Virus record (IMG/VR): IMGVR_UViG_3300047445_000186
Coordinates: 1-64,000 of that record
Strand: one strand, 5' to 3'
DNA length: 64,000 nucleotides
Made by a program: the position numbers and the translations under genes
Part shown: positions 37,147 through 45,648 of the stretch, piece after piece
How the letters are laid out: each line of letters begins with the position of its first letter
How positions within the stretch are numbered: the first letter of the stretch is position 1
Notes under the pieces: generated by a model
What the model was told of the DNA's origin: nothing
What the model saw: the letters and a program-made list of their open reading frames with translations, nothing else
Databases searched by the model: none

Positions 37147-37153
37147 GAACGCA

Positions 37154-37642
37154 ATGCTTCTCTCTGAAATCACCGTCTATCACGGCTCTGAAGCTGCTCC
37201 TAAGGGGAAGTTCAAGATGCCTCTGTTCTTGACACCAAACAAGAATGGTGCTTCGTGGTATGCTCGCGAGCATGCTGGCGCCGGCAGAACTGGTGTCCTC
37301 GTGACTGGTGAGCTGAACGTGAAGAAGCCGCTTGAGGCTTATGGATACGGTCTGTGGAAGAAGATGCTTGACGTCGCTCAGTACGCAGGCATTCGTTTCA
37401 AGAACGATCCGTACTTCCAGTGCGATGAGATCAGCGACGCTGGACACTCTGGTTCGAACATCGGTGATCTCGTCTATCTTCCGAAGTTCCAGCAAGAGCT
37501 GAAGAGACAGGGATACGACTCAGTGCACATGAGTGACGAGCTAGTCGGTAGCTCGATCGAAGTGTACGTGATCTTCAAACCATCACAATTCAAAATCACC
37601 AGCATCGGCGATCCAATTTCGACCGATGACGCTTGGAAATAA
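37154..37642 (+). CDS. ADP-ribosyltransferase-fold protein (ART-PolyVal-like), copy 2
   Basis: YHGS, LFLT, ASWYA, GYDS, SIEVYVIFKP; tandem paralog of copy 1. Confidence 0.6.
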   Translation: MLLSEITVYHGSEAAPKGKFKMPLFLTPNKNGASWYAREHAGAGRTGVLVTGELNVKKPLEAYGYGLWKKMLDVAQYAGIRFKNDPYFQCDEISDAGHSGSNIGDLVYLPKFQQELKRQGYDSVHMSDELVGSSIEVYVIFKPSQFKITSIGDPISTDDAWK

Positions 37643-37643
37643 T

Positions 37644-38087
37644 ATGGCAGCATCACGTGGCACAATGAAGGGTCGGTTCATTCCGAAGAACCCACAGAAA
37701 TACCTTGGGAACTCCGATCGAATCATCGGTCGCTCGAGCTGGGAATTCCGCCTGTTCCAATGGTGTGACAGCACTCCAGCAGTTCTGCAATGGGCTAGTG
37801 AAGAGTTCTCCGTTCCGTACCTGTCGCCAATTGACAACAAGGTTCATCAGTACTACCCTGACGCGCTCGTTGTTTACCGTGACAAGTTCGGGAACATCAA
37901 GAAAGAAATCGTTGAAGTGAAGCCGTACAAAGAGACGGTCAGAACTCCAAAGTCAACTGAACGGGATCTGATCGCTCTTGCAATCAATGAAGCTAAGTGG
38001 AAAGCCGCTGTGCGTTTCGCTGAGCAGCAAGGCATGACGTTCCGAATCATCACTGAAAAGACAATGTTCAAGCAGGCTGGCAAATGA
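37644..38087 (+). CDS. head completion nuclease (T4 gp4-like, TnsA-type fold)
   Basis: KGRFIPKNPQKYLG, RSSWE, WASEE, YYPD, VEVKP, NEAKWKAA. Confidence 0.9.
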   Translation: MAASRGTMKGRFIPKNPQKYLGNSDRIIGRSSWEFRLFQWCDSTPAVLQWASEEFSVPYLSPIDNKVHQYYPDALVVYRDKFGNIKKEIVEVKPYKETVRTPKSTERDLIALAINEAKWKAAVRFAEQQGMTFRIITEKTMFKQAGK

Positions 38088-39241
38088 AACAGACCTTTAA
38101 ACAATTCAACGAATCGACTGAGCTGAACACCATTCATGTCCGCCCACTGAAGTCGGTCGAGCTTCATCGTGCAAAGGAAGCCGTTCAAGCCGCCTTGCTC
38201 GGTCACCAGCTCGCAAAAGAAAAGAAGCCAACACTCGATCAGATCAAGGCTGTTCATGATCAGCTCGCGAAGTTCAAGCTCCCGTTCGTGCAGGCGATCG
38301 TGAAGGAGCTTGATGAGGTGTTCGAGAAGTACCGCGCAATGATGAACGCTGGCACAAAGCTGTTCAGCCACGGCGCCGCAGTCGGCTCGTTGAACAAGGC
38401 GATGAAGGCCGCGTTCCTGTCAGGCGACAAGGCGAAGTTCAAGGAACTGAAGGCTCAGGCAGACTCCAAGATTGCAGACCTGGACCACCACGTGGACGCC
38501 GAGGCCACCGCGCATCGCAAGGTGAAGAACTCCTTTACGGCTGAAGCAAGCATCTTCGGCACCACCCGGCTCCTGTCAACGGTCGGGGATCATGAGTACG
38601 ACAAGCTGAAGGCTCTGGACTTCAGCCAGCCGCTGTACACAGGCCTCGATTTCCCGACGAAGCAAGCACATGACTTCCATTACGTCCTGTACTTCCTGAC
38701 GAATCTCACTAACTCTCCGAAGCCGATCCGGATGACGAGCGCGAATGAGTTCAGAACGCACACTCGTGTGAAGTACGCGAATGATGGTAAGCTCGAGAAG
38801 CTCTTGAAGATCACGGATGATTACCTGCACTCGAACGACAAGACACTGATCCCGCAGATCATGGCGCTTGTGAACGACATTCCTTCGATCAAGTCAGCGA
38901 ACGACTCAGCCAAGAAGAAGATCAAGACGGTTTATCGAGGGATCGGGATTGGTGAAGATGATGAGGGAGATCCGTCTCGCGATCAGATTATCGCCCAAGA
39001 CCGCGAGAGTAAATACGTTGCAACGTCTGATTCACGGCACGCCGCAAAGAACTTCGCATTGCAGAAGGGTCACTTAGAAGACAGTGAAGAGCGCCGTTCC
39101 GCTCTCGGATACATCATCGAGTACCGAGTAACTCCAGATGCGATCCTGTTCGACACGAAGGTGATCGACACCGTGTACAACGAGTCAGAAATTTTGATTG
39201 ACGCCACGAAGGCGGAAGTCGTAGAAATCAAGGAAGTATAA
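38084..39241 (+). CDS. putative packaged ADP-ribosyltransferase (Alt-like, R-S-E class)
   Basis: MKQTFKQFNE leader; VYRG, VATS..AAKNFA, NESEIL. Confidence 0.6.
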   Translation: MKQTFKQFNESTELNTIHVRPLKSVELHRAKEAVQAALLGHQLAKEKKPTLDQIKAVHDQLAKFKLPFVQAIVKELDEVFEKYRAMMNAGTKLFSHGAAVGSLNKAMKAAFLSGDKAKFKELKAQADSKIADLDHHVDAEATAHRKVKNSFTAEASIFGTTRLLSTVGDHEYDKLKALDFSQPLYTGLDFPTKQAHDFHYVLYFLTNLTNSPKPIRMTSANEFRTHTRVKYANDGKLEKLLKITDDYLHSNDKTLIPQIMALVNDIPSIKSANDSAKKKIKTVYRGIGIGEDDEGDPSRDQIIAQDRESKYVATSDSRHAAKNFALQKGHLEDSEERRSALGYIIEYRVTPDAILFDTKVIDTVYNESEILIDATKAEVVEIKEV

Positions 39242-39760
39242 ATGTCAGCAGATCATAAAGCGTTCGACCTGCGGTTGAACAACGGCGGATACGGCGAAAA
39301 GGTTGACGTGAACACCAGCTTCTCTGGTGACGAGTTCACGCTCCGTCTTGGTGGTGTTCTGACCGAGGTGAAGTACAAGATCCCTCCTAATCTGACAACA
39401 GGTTGGGATCTTGTGATGCAGAGCTCGAAAGAGATCAAGACGGTTCTGGAACCGATCTTCCACGCCCATGGGATGAAGACCTATGAGAAGGCGCAGCAAT
39501 CGTTTGAGAAGCGACTGTACAAAGATCCTCCAACGAACGTTGATCTGAAGAAAGAACTTGCTAATGAACTCGGCGAGCTGATTGATCACTTTGAAACACT
39601 GGTGAAGTCTCATCTGCTTGAGTTCGCCACTAAGTACGTGAAGTACGAGATCGACTACCGTAAGTCGATCGTTCAAGATGCTCGTGATCAGGTTGCTCAC
39701 ATTGTGAAGGATCCGAGCGAGTTCAAGACAGAAGAAGAGCCAGAAGATGCAAGCACCTAA
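39242..39760 (+). CDS. hypothetical protein
   Basis: 172 aa, coupled to neighbours. Confidence 0.65.
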   Translation: MSADHKAFDLRLNNGGYGEKVDVNTSFSGDEFTLRLGGVLTEVKYKIPPNLTTGWDLVMQSSKEIKTVLEPIFHAHGMKTYEKAQQSFEKRLYKDPPTNVDLKKELANELGELIDHFETLVKSHLLEFATKYVKYEIDYRKSIVQDARDQVAHIVKDPSEFKTEEEPEDAST

Positions 39761-40217
39761 GCCAACAGTGAACATGGTCAATCCGTTGGATGACCTGTTC
39801 GACATCGATCCAGATGATCGTGACAATGAGCTCACCGAGTACCAGCAAGCCTCTGAAGGCGAAATTGCTGCGCTCGCTGCTCCGACCGAACCTGCTGAGA
39901 AGGACGAAGACGACATTGAGACCGACAAGCGTTTCGATGCCGTGTACGACGAAGCGATCGGCACGTTCAAGAATCAGATGGCGTACACCGAAATCATTGA
40001 GCCGCGTTATGCAGCTCGGAATGCTGAAGTCGCTTCGACGTTCCTGAATCTCGCTCTGCAAGCTGCAACAGCGAAGGCACGCGTGAAGACTGATCGTAAG
40101 CGTGTTGGCCAGTTCATTCCAGGCATGGGGAACAAGGTCACGAACAACACGATCGTTGCGACCCGCGAAGAGATCATGCGAATGATTTCCGTAGACGCAG
40201 ACACGAAGCCGCTCTAA
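39747..40217 (+). CDS. terminase small subunit (gp16-like)
   Basis: PLDDLFDI, RNAEVA, C-terminal VTNNTIVATREEIMRM. Confidence 0.65.
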   Translation: MQAPKPTVNMVNPLDDLFDIDPDDRDNELTEYQQASEGEIAALAAPTEPAEKDEDDIETDKRFDAVYDEAIGTFKNQMAYTEIIEPRYAARNAEVASTFLNLALQAATAKARVKTDRKRVGQFIPGMGNKVTNNTIVATREEIMRMISVDADTKPL

Positions 40218-40220
40218 ATA
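40215..40220 (+). promoter_or_regulatory. late promoter TAAATA
   Basis: overlaps stop codon. Confidence 0.55.
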
Positions 40221-40242
40221 CAGCTGCACAACAGAGATTATC

Positions 40243-40449
40243 ATGCGTAAACTGATTGAAGACAAAGAAACGATTTCCGTTCCTACACTGAAGCCACGTG
40301 ATCCTAATCAGCAAATTCTTGCGAACAAGAAGAATGCTGGCGGTCCTATGCGTGACAAGAAGAAGGAAATGAAGCGCGGCAAGGAAAAGTTCAAGGGCTC
40401 TTTCAAGCAGTTCATGGAAGCGCTTGACGCAGCTGAGCAGGCTGAATAA
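40243..40449 (+). CDS. small basic late protein
   Basis: 68 aa, Lys-rich, ends SFKQFMEALD. Confidence 0.65.
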   Translation: MRKLIEDKETISVPTLKPRDPNQQILANKKNAGGPMRDKKKEMKRGKEKFKGSFKQFMEALDAAEQAE

Positions 40450-40853
40450 TGGCCGGGAATCCTTTCGATTTCGCAAAGCCGATCATCAAGTTCAAGAAGC
40501 TTGACGACGACGGTAAGGGCAAAGAGAACAAGCCGTACACGCACGACGAAGTGATGGCGGCTCTGGCTGTCCTGCACAAGATGATTCACGCCCAAGCGGA
40601 ACACTACGGTGGCTCGCATGGTAAGCTCCTCCAAGCAGGTGTCGTAGAAGGTTCACTCCTTCAGCAAGTATCGTCTGCTGAGTTCATCGTTGAAAGCGGT
40701 GACGAGCTCGAGGACAAGCTCCAAGAGATGTACAAAGCTGCAAATAATCTGCTCCGCCGCATTGCCGGACTGGAAGATCGTGGTGCAATTCAGATGCTCG
40801 TTAAGTTGATCAATTCGATCACGAACGCAGTACAACTGGCACAAAAGACCTAA
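40449..40853 (+). CDS. hypothetical protein
   Basis: 134 aa helical. Confidence 0.6.
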   Translation: MAGNPFDFAKPIIKFKKLDDDGKGKENKPYTHDEVMAALAVLHKMIHAQAEHYGGSHGKLLQAGVVEGSLLQQVSSAEFIVESGDELEDKLQEMYKAANNLLRRIAGLEDRGAIQMLVKLINSITNAVQLAQKT

Positions 40854-40870
40854 CAGCAGGCGGTGAAGTG

Positions 40871-40876
40871 TAAATA
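40871..40876 (+). promoter_or_regulatory. late promoter TAAATA
   Basis: immediately before hydrolase ATG (near-leaderless). Confidence 0.5.
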
Positions 40877-40880
40877 GGGG

Positions 40881-41450
40881 ATGGCCCCTACACTTCACTT
40901 CATTCACGGTTTCAATTCGAGCCACTACTCATTCGCCTACCTGGCGAAGGAGCTTGGTGCCGTCTCGAATATCGACTACAAGTCATACCAGCCGTTGGAG
41001 AAGTCGGTTCTCGACGTAGGTCTCCATCTCCCTCACAAAGAACCGGTCATCCTGATCGGGCACTCCCTTGGTGGAGTCCTTGCGATGATGCTTGCTCTGA
41101 AGGGTCAGCATAACGTCCAAGGTGTCGTCACGATCAGCTCTCCACTTGGTGGATCAAAGGCTGCATCGCTCACTCGGTGGTTCATGAACCTGCCGATCCT
41201 GAATGACATCACTCCATCTTCGGATGCAATGAAGCTTTTCAAGTCGAAGCCAGCACCATGCTCTGTGCTTTCGATCATCAGCACTGGCGGTCATCTCCCC
41301 GCCGCAGGCGAAGCGAACGACTCGATCGTTTCCGTTCAGAGCCAATCAGCTCTGAAGTACGCCCAGAAAGTGGAGATCCCAGCGAATCACTTCGAGATCC
41401 TGATGCATGATCAGACGATCGAAGCTGTACGCGCGTTCACTCAAACATAA
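40881..41450 (+). CDS. alpha/beta hydrolase
   Basis: FIHGFNS, GHSLGG nucleophile elbow, NDSIV, NHFEIL. Confidence 0.85.
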   Translation: MAPTLHFIHGFNSSHYSFAYLAKELGAVSNIDYKSYQPLEKSVLDVGLHLPHKEPVILIGHSLGGVLAMMLALKGQHNVQGVVTISSPLGGSKAASLTRWFMNLPILNDITPSSDAMKLFKSKPAPCSVLSIISTGGHLPAAGEANDSIVSVQSQSALKYAQKVEIPANHFEILMHDQTIEAVRAFTQT

Positions 41451-41453
41451 TCT

Positions 41454-42197
41454 ATGCTATCAAAAGAACAGATTGCGGAGCTTCATCGCTGCGCAACAGA
41501 CCCCCTGCACTTCATTGAGCAGTACATCAAGATTGAACACCCATCCCTTGGTGCTGTTCCATTTGAGCTGTACGAGTACCAGCGCGATTACATCCGTGAG
41601 ATTCACACGGGGAACGTGATCGCTGCATTCGGCCGTCAGATGGGTAAGACCTCGCTGACATGTGCGTACGCGCTCTGGCACTCGATCTTCAATCCAAATC
41701 AGAACATTCTGTTTGTCTCGCAGAAGGTCGTGATCGCGCAAGAGATCATGAGCAAGATTCACTTCATGCGCTCGCATCTCGCATGGATCAGCGATCTTGT
41801 TCGCGCGAACAAGAATGAGCTCCAGTTTGACAACGGTTCGAGGATCATGTCTGTAGTTGGAAATAGAAATACTGCTCGTGGAATGTCGCTGAACATGATC
41901 GTGCTTGATGAGCTTGCGTACTGGCCGGAAAAGCAAGTCACTGAGTGCCTTGAAACGATCGTGCCATGCTTGGTCTCAACGAACGCGAAGATCGTGATCC
42001 CATCGACTCCAGGTCCAAATGGCAATCAGTTCATCGAGCTGTTCAAGCTTGGCGAAGCAGGACCACTGAAGCTCAAGCCTATCAGATACTCGTACGAGCT
42101 GCACCCACATCGTGGCGCTGAGTGGATGCAAAATCAGCGCGCTATGCTTGGCTCAATTCGATTTGAGCAGGAATATGGAGCCATCGTAAATGGCTAA
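41454..42197 (+). CDS. terminase ATPase-domain-only paralog
   Basis: YEYQ, RQMGKT, RGMS, VLDE, STPG; ends at FEQEY with no nuclease domain. Confidence 0.85.
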   Translation: MLSKEQIAELHRCATDPLHFIEQYIKIEHPSLGAVPFELYEYQRDYIREIHTGNVIAAFGRQMGKTSLTCAYALWHSIFNPNQNILFVSQKVVIAQEIMSKIHFMRSHLAWISDLVRANKNELQFDNGSRIMSVVGNRNTARGMSLNMIVLDELAYWPEKQVTECLETIVPCLVSTNAKIVIPSTPGPNGNQFIELFKLGEAGPLKLKPIRYSYELHPHRGAEWMQNQRAMLGSIRFEQEYGAIVNG

Positions 42198-43722
42198 GAA
42201 TCCGAATCTGAAGCGAGCTCACGAAACCAGTGAGTTCCTGCCAGAGAACGTCCTTGAGCTTTCACGCTGCATGGCCGATCCGATTTACTTCATGACGCAC
42301 TTCGTGAAGGTCACTCACCCTACCAAGGGTTCTGTGCCGTTCATCTTGTACGACTACCAGAAGGAAATGGTCCTTGCTATTCATGAGAACAAGGACACGA
42401 TTTTGCTTTGCTCGCGTCAGATGGGTAAAACCACTGTTGCGGCTATGTACATCCTGTGGTACGCTCTGTTCAACAAGGACAAGCGATGCGTGATTGCATC
42501 GAAGGCGATGGCGCACGCGGTTGAAATTCAATCTCGCGTTAAGTTCGCGTACGAAGAGCTGCCGCACTGGCTGAAAGCTGGTTGTAAGTTCTACAACCGT
42601 ACCTCGATCGAATTCGACAACGGTTCGAAGATCATCTGTGAAGCTACGTCTGAAAAGACTGGTCGCGGTTCCTCGCCATCGATCATTTTTCTTGACGAAA
42701 TCGCGTTCATCTCGCGCCGCATCCAAGAAGAAATGTGGGCATCGCTCACGCCCGCTCTGTCCACTGGTGGTAAGTTCATTATCACCTCGACTCCGAACGG
42801 TGACGGTGACTTGTTCGCTACGCTCTGGCGTGGCGCAAAGTCTGGCATGAACAACTTCAAACCACTCGAGTTCTTGTGGTGGCGCCACCCTGATCGTGAT
42901 CAGTCGTACTACGACGAAATGAAGGGTAAGCTCGGTCCCGTGAAGGCAAAGCAGGAATTGGATTGTGAGTTCCTGTCGTCTGATGCTCTGCTTGTGAGCT
43001 CACTCCGCCTTGCGCAGTTGAAGTGGGAAGTGCCGATCTTCCAAACGCTTGGTATCAACTTCTGGATTCCAGAGGAAGAGATTGGTGGGCGGAACAAGAC
43101 GTACTTGGTCTCCATGGATCCTGCAACAGGCTCTGGGAATGACTACTCGACGATCGAAGTGTTCGACTTCCCAGGGCTGAATCAAATCGCCGAGTTCAGA
43201 TCGAATGAGATCAACATCCCGTTGATGTACGGTAAGCTGATGTGGCTTCTCAGAAAACTCGCGCAACCGGTGAACGGTGGTCGAGCCGAAATTCTGTGGA
43301 CGTTCGAACGGAACGGTATTGGTGAAGCGGTCTCTGCGTTGTACTACAACGACGATAAGCAGGTCGAAGAAGCTGAGCTCGTGAACGATCACCCACTGAA
43401 GTTCGGTGTGTTCACGACCGGTAAGCAGAAGATTCTGTCTTGCTTGCAACTCAAGAGTCTGATCGAGAAGATCAACGGCGGCTTGAACGTGAAGTCTGAG
43501 CACCTCGTGTTCGAGCTGAAGAACTTCGTCTCGAAGGGTCAGAGTTACGAAGCGAAGACTGGTTCGACTGATGACTGCGTGATGGCAACAGTCGGTATCA
43601 TGCGTCTGCTGAAGCGTCTCTCTGAGTACAACGACGGCGCATTCAAGGTCGTGAACGAGTACGTTGACCCAGAAGCAGCGATCGACGAGAACAACGACTA
43701 CGTTCCGTTCGCGATCATGTGA
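42190..43722 (+). CDS. terminase large subunit (T4 gp17-like)
   Basis: YDYQ, SRQMGKT, FLDE, TSTPNG, QELDCEF, SMDPATG, FERN, TDDCVMA. Confidence 0.95.
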   Translation: MAKNPNLKRAHETSEFLPENVLELSRCMADPIYFMTHFVKVTHPTKGSVPFILYDYQKEMVLAIHENKDTILLCSRQMGKTTVAAMYILWYALFNKDKRCVIASKAMAHAVEIQSRVKFAYEELPHWLKAGCKFYNRTSIEFDNGSKIICEATSEKTGRGSSPSIIFLDEIAFISRRIQEEMWASLTPALSTGGKFIITSTPNGDGDLFATLWRGAKSGMNNFKPLEFLWWRHPDRDQSYYDEMKGKLGPVKAKQELDCEFLSSDALLVSSLRLAQLKWEVPIFQTLGINFWIPEEEIGGRNKTYLVSMDPATGSGNDYSTIEVFDFPGLNQIAEFRSNEINIPLMYGKLMWLLRKLAQPVNGGRAEILWTFERNGIGEAVSALYYNDDKQVEEAELVNDHPLKFGVFTTGKQKILSCLQLKSLIEKINGGLNVKSEHLVFELKNFVSKGQSYEAKTGSTDDCVMATVGIMRLLKRLSEYNDGAFKVVNEYVDPEAAIDENNDYVPFAIM

Positions 43723-43773
43723 TCCTGAAAACCCAGGTTCCTTCCCTGGAGCCTGGGTGGTACAATCACGTCT

Positions 43774-44049
43774 ATGATTGCACCTGACTTGGCGAACGCC
43801 ACATTCGAAGCGCTCGCCGCCCTGTTCATCCTTAATCACTGCCGCGCAGTGTGGGGCTCGAAGCAGGCGCACGGCATTTCCATTCTGAGCACAATGTTCT
43901 TCGCGTCTTGGGGCGTGTGGAACATCTGGTACTATCCGCATCTCGGCCAGTGGTTGAGCTTCTACGCCGGCATTCTCGTCACATTCGCGAATCTGTTCTG
44001 GATCTATTCGATCTGGCTCATTCGCCGTAAGTACCCGTTGGAGGCCTGA
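43774..44049 (+). CDS. PQ-loop/SemiSWEET-like small membrane protein
   Basis: three hydrophobic segments, GIS..WGVWNIWYY. Confidence 0.55.
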   Translation: MIAPDLANATFEALAALFILNHCRAVWGSKQAHGISILSTMFFASWGVWNIWYYPHLGQWLSFYAGILVTFANLFWIYSIWLIRRKYPLEA

Positions 44050-44339
44050 TGCCAGTCATCTCCGACACGATCGCGGCGCACGGCGCAAAGCTGCCAGATG
44101 GTTCCACGACACACGATGCCGCCGTGTACTACGCTGGGTGGGAAGAGATTCAGGACAAGCTCACCTTGCTGTTCGGCGCAAAGTGCTGGACTGATGGGAT
44201 GTTCAGCGGAATGTACTTTCAGTCACCAAAAGAGTTCGTGTTCCAAGAAGGAAACGTCGGCGAAACCGAGTACAGCTACAAACCAGGATTCAGAATGTCA
44301 CTATGGGCAGGTCTGCGTCTTCTAGGATACCCAATATGA
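44049..44339 (+). CDS. hypothetical protein
   Basis: 96 aa, coupled. Confidence 0.6.
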   Translation: MPVISDTIAAHGAKLPDGSTTHDAAVYYAGWEEIQDKLTLLFGAKCWTDGMFSGMYFQSPKEFVFQEGNVGETEYSYKPGFRMSLWAGLRLLGYPI

Positions 44340-44608
44340 GCATCGTTGTTTTCTATTTGCGACCAGACCCGATCGTTGAGGGTTGGTTGCCGCGCCACGA
44401 GGCATTCGAGTCCAGCGAGTTCGGCGAAGCAATGCGCCGCATTCAAGAGCTGCGCGACAAGGGATACCAGCACGTCGTGATGTCGTCCCAGTTCGATGGC
44501 GCGGTCGGAAAGCCAGGAGTCGATGCTGTCGAGAACGGCAAGACTCCAGACGGTCACGACTACGAGTGGACGAAGAAGCACCGCGGTGCTGGGCCGGAGT
44601 CGTCATGA
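44336..44608 (+). CDS. hypothetical protein
   Basis: 90 aa, ATGA overlap. Confidence 0.65.
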   Translation: MSIVVFYLRPDPIVEGWLPRHEAFESSEFGEAMRRIQELRDKGYQHVVMSSQFDGAVGKPGVDAVENGKTPDGHDYEWTKKHRGAGPESS

Positions 44609-44871
44609 TCGTCTGCGTCGTGATTTCATCTGCACTCTGCGGCAGGCCGTACGGCGTCGTGATGATCGACAAGAAATACCCGACCTGTTATGACGTAATG
44701 GATGGCGTCACGGCGTGGCTTGAAGAGCATATGTCAGCGAAGGACATTACGTTCAAGCAAGGTTATTACGGCAAGGACAGCTCCGAAGTCACATGCACAC
44801 TCGGTGGTGCTGCTCCGTACACTGCTACTTTCAAGAATACCAGCATTGAAAATTGCACGAGAATCACATGA
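44605..44871 (+). CDS. hypothetical protein
   Basis: 88 aa, ATGA overlaps. Confidence 0.55.
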   Translation: MIVCVVISSALCGRPYGVVMIDKKYPTCYDVMDGVTAWLEEHMSAKDITFKQGYYGKDSSEVTCTLGGAAPYTATFKNTSIENCTRIT

Positions 44872-45098
44872 CTGAAGACACTTGGGAAGCGACCCTTGAA
44901 GACCTTGCCGATCTGCGTGTCGAGATCAACGCAGTGCAGCATCAGTTTCCTGGCAAGGAGGATCGGGATAATCTTGAAGCAGCTTTGAAGCCGCTCCGCA
45001 AGCGGGGCGTTAAGATTCATGAACGGCGGATTGCGCTGAATGTGAAAGAGCTTCGGTTCACAAAGCGCGCCGCCGAACTTTTGGAGATCTTTGAATGA
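44868..45098 (+). CDS. hypothetical coiled-coil protein
   Basis: 76 aa. Confidence 0.6.
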   Translation: MTEDTWEATLEDLADLRVEINAVQHQFPGKEDRDNLEAALKPLRKRGVKIHERRIALNVKELRFTKRAAELLEIFE

Positions 45099-45304
45099 TC
45101 GAATGTGGACGTCCAGTATCCGTTCCAGGCTCAACGCCTGACTACGAGGCCGCGCTGCCAGAGCCGACGCAAGAGCTTTGCGGTGAGTACGGCGTGTACG
45201 CCCGGGTTGGCAATCTGATCTACCGCGGAACCTACAACGCGTTTGGCCGCGATCACCACAACACCGGTGGGCATGGTTCCTGGGCATGGGTGGCGCACGC
45301 ATGA
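45095..45304 (+). CDS. hypothetical protein
   Basis: 69 aa. Confidence 0.55.
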   Translation: MIECGRPVSVPGSTPDYEAALPEPTQELCGEYGVYARVGNLIYRGTYNAFGRDHHNTGGHGSWAWVAHA

Positions 45305-45648
45305 ATGAACGAGGCAAGATCAGGCGCTTCAAAGCACAGTTGATCAAGATCTCCGAGGCATTCAATTGTCCAGGTCTGCACATCAGCGAACACGTTGCCG
45401 AGCGAATCTTCGAGCGCCACATGGCCCGCGACATTCCGTTCATCGCCGCGATCGCGAAGAATTTCTACGAGAACGTGTTCACACAGACAACTTACTGCGA
45501 ACGTTCTTACAAGGTCGGGTTCCGCGGGCTGTTCGTTTGTTTTAGAGTTACGGTAGGCGCCGTTTCTGGCGAACGCCGAGCAGTCCTGACCACGACCTAC
45601 GAAGGTGAGCAGGATTACTTCACCGACGAAACCATCATCTTGAAATGA
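45301..45648 (+). CDS. hypothetical protein
   Basis: 115 aa, ATGA overlaps. Confidence 0.6.
   Translation: MNERGKIRRFKAQLIKISEAFNCPGLHISEHVAERIFERHMARDIPFIAAIAKNFYENVFTQTTYCERSYKVGFRGLFVCFRVTVGAVSGERRAVLTTTYEGEQDYFTDETIILK

Noticed and set aside
41454-43722. Split or frameshifted terminase
   Set aside because: Both ORFs contain a complete, separately diverged ATPase domain, so this is a paralog and not a broken gene.
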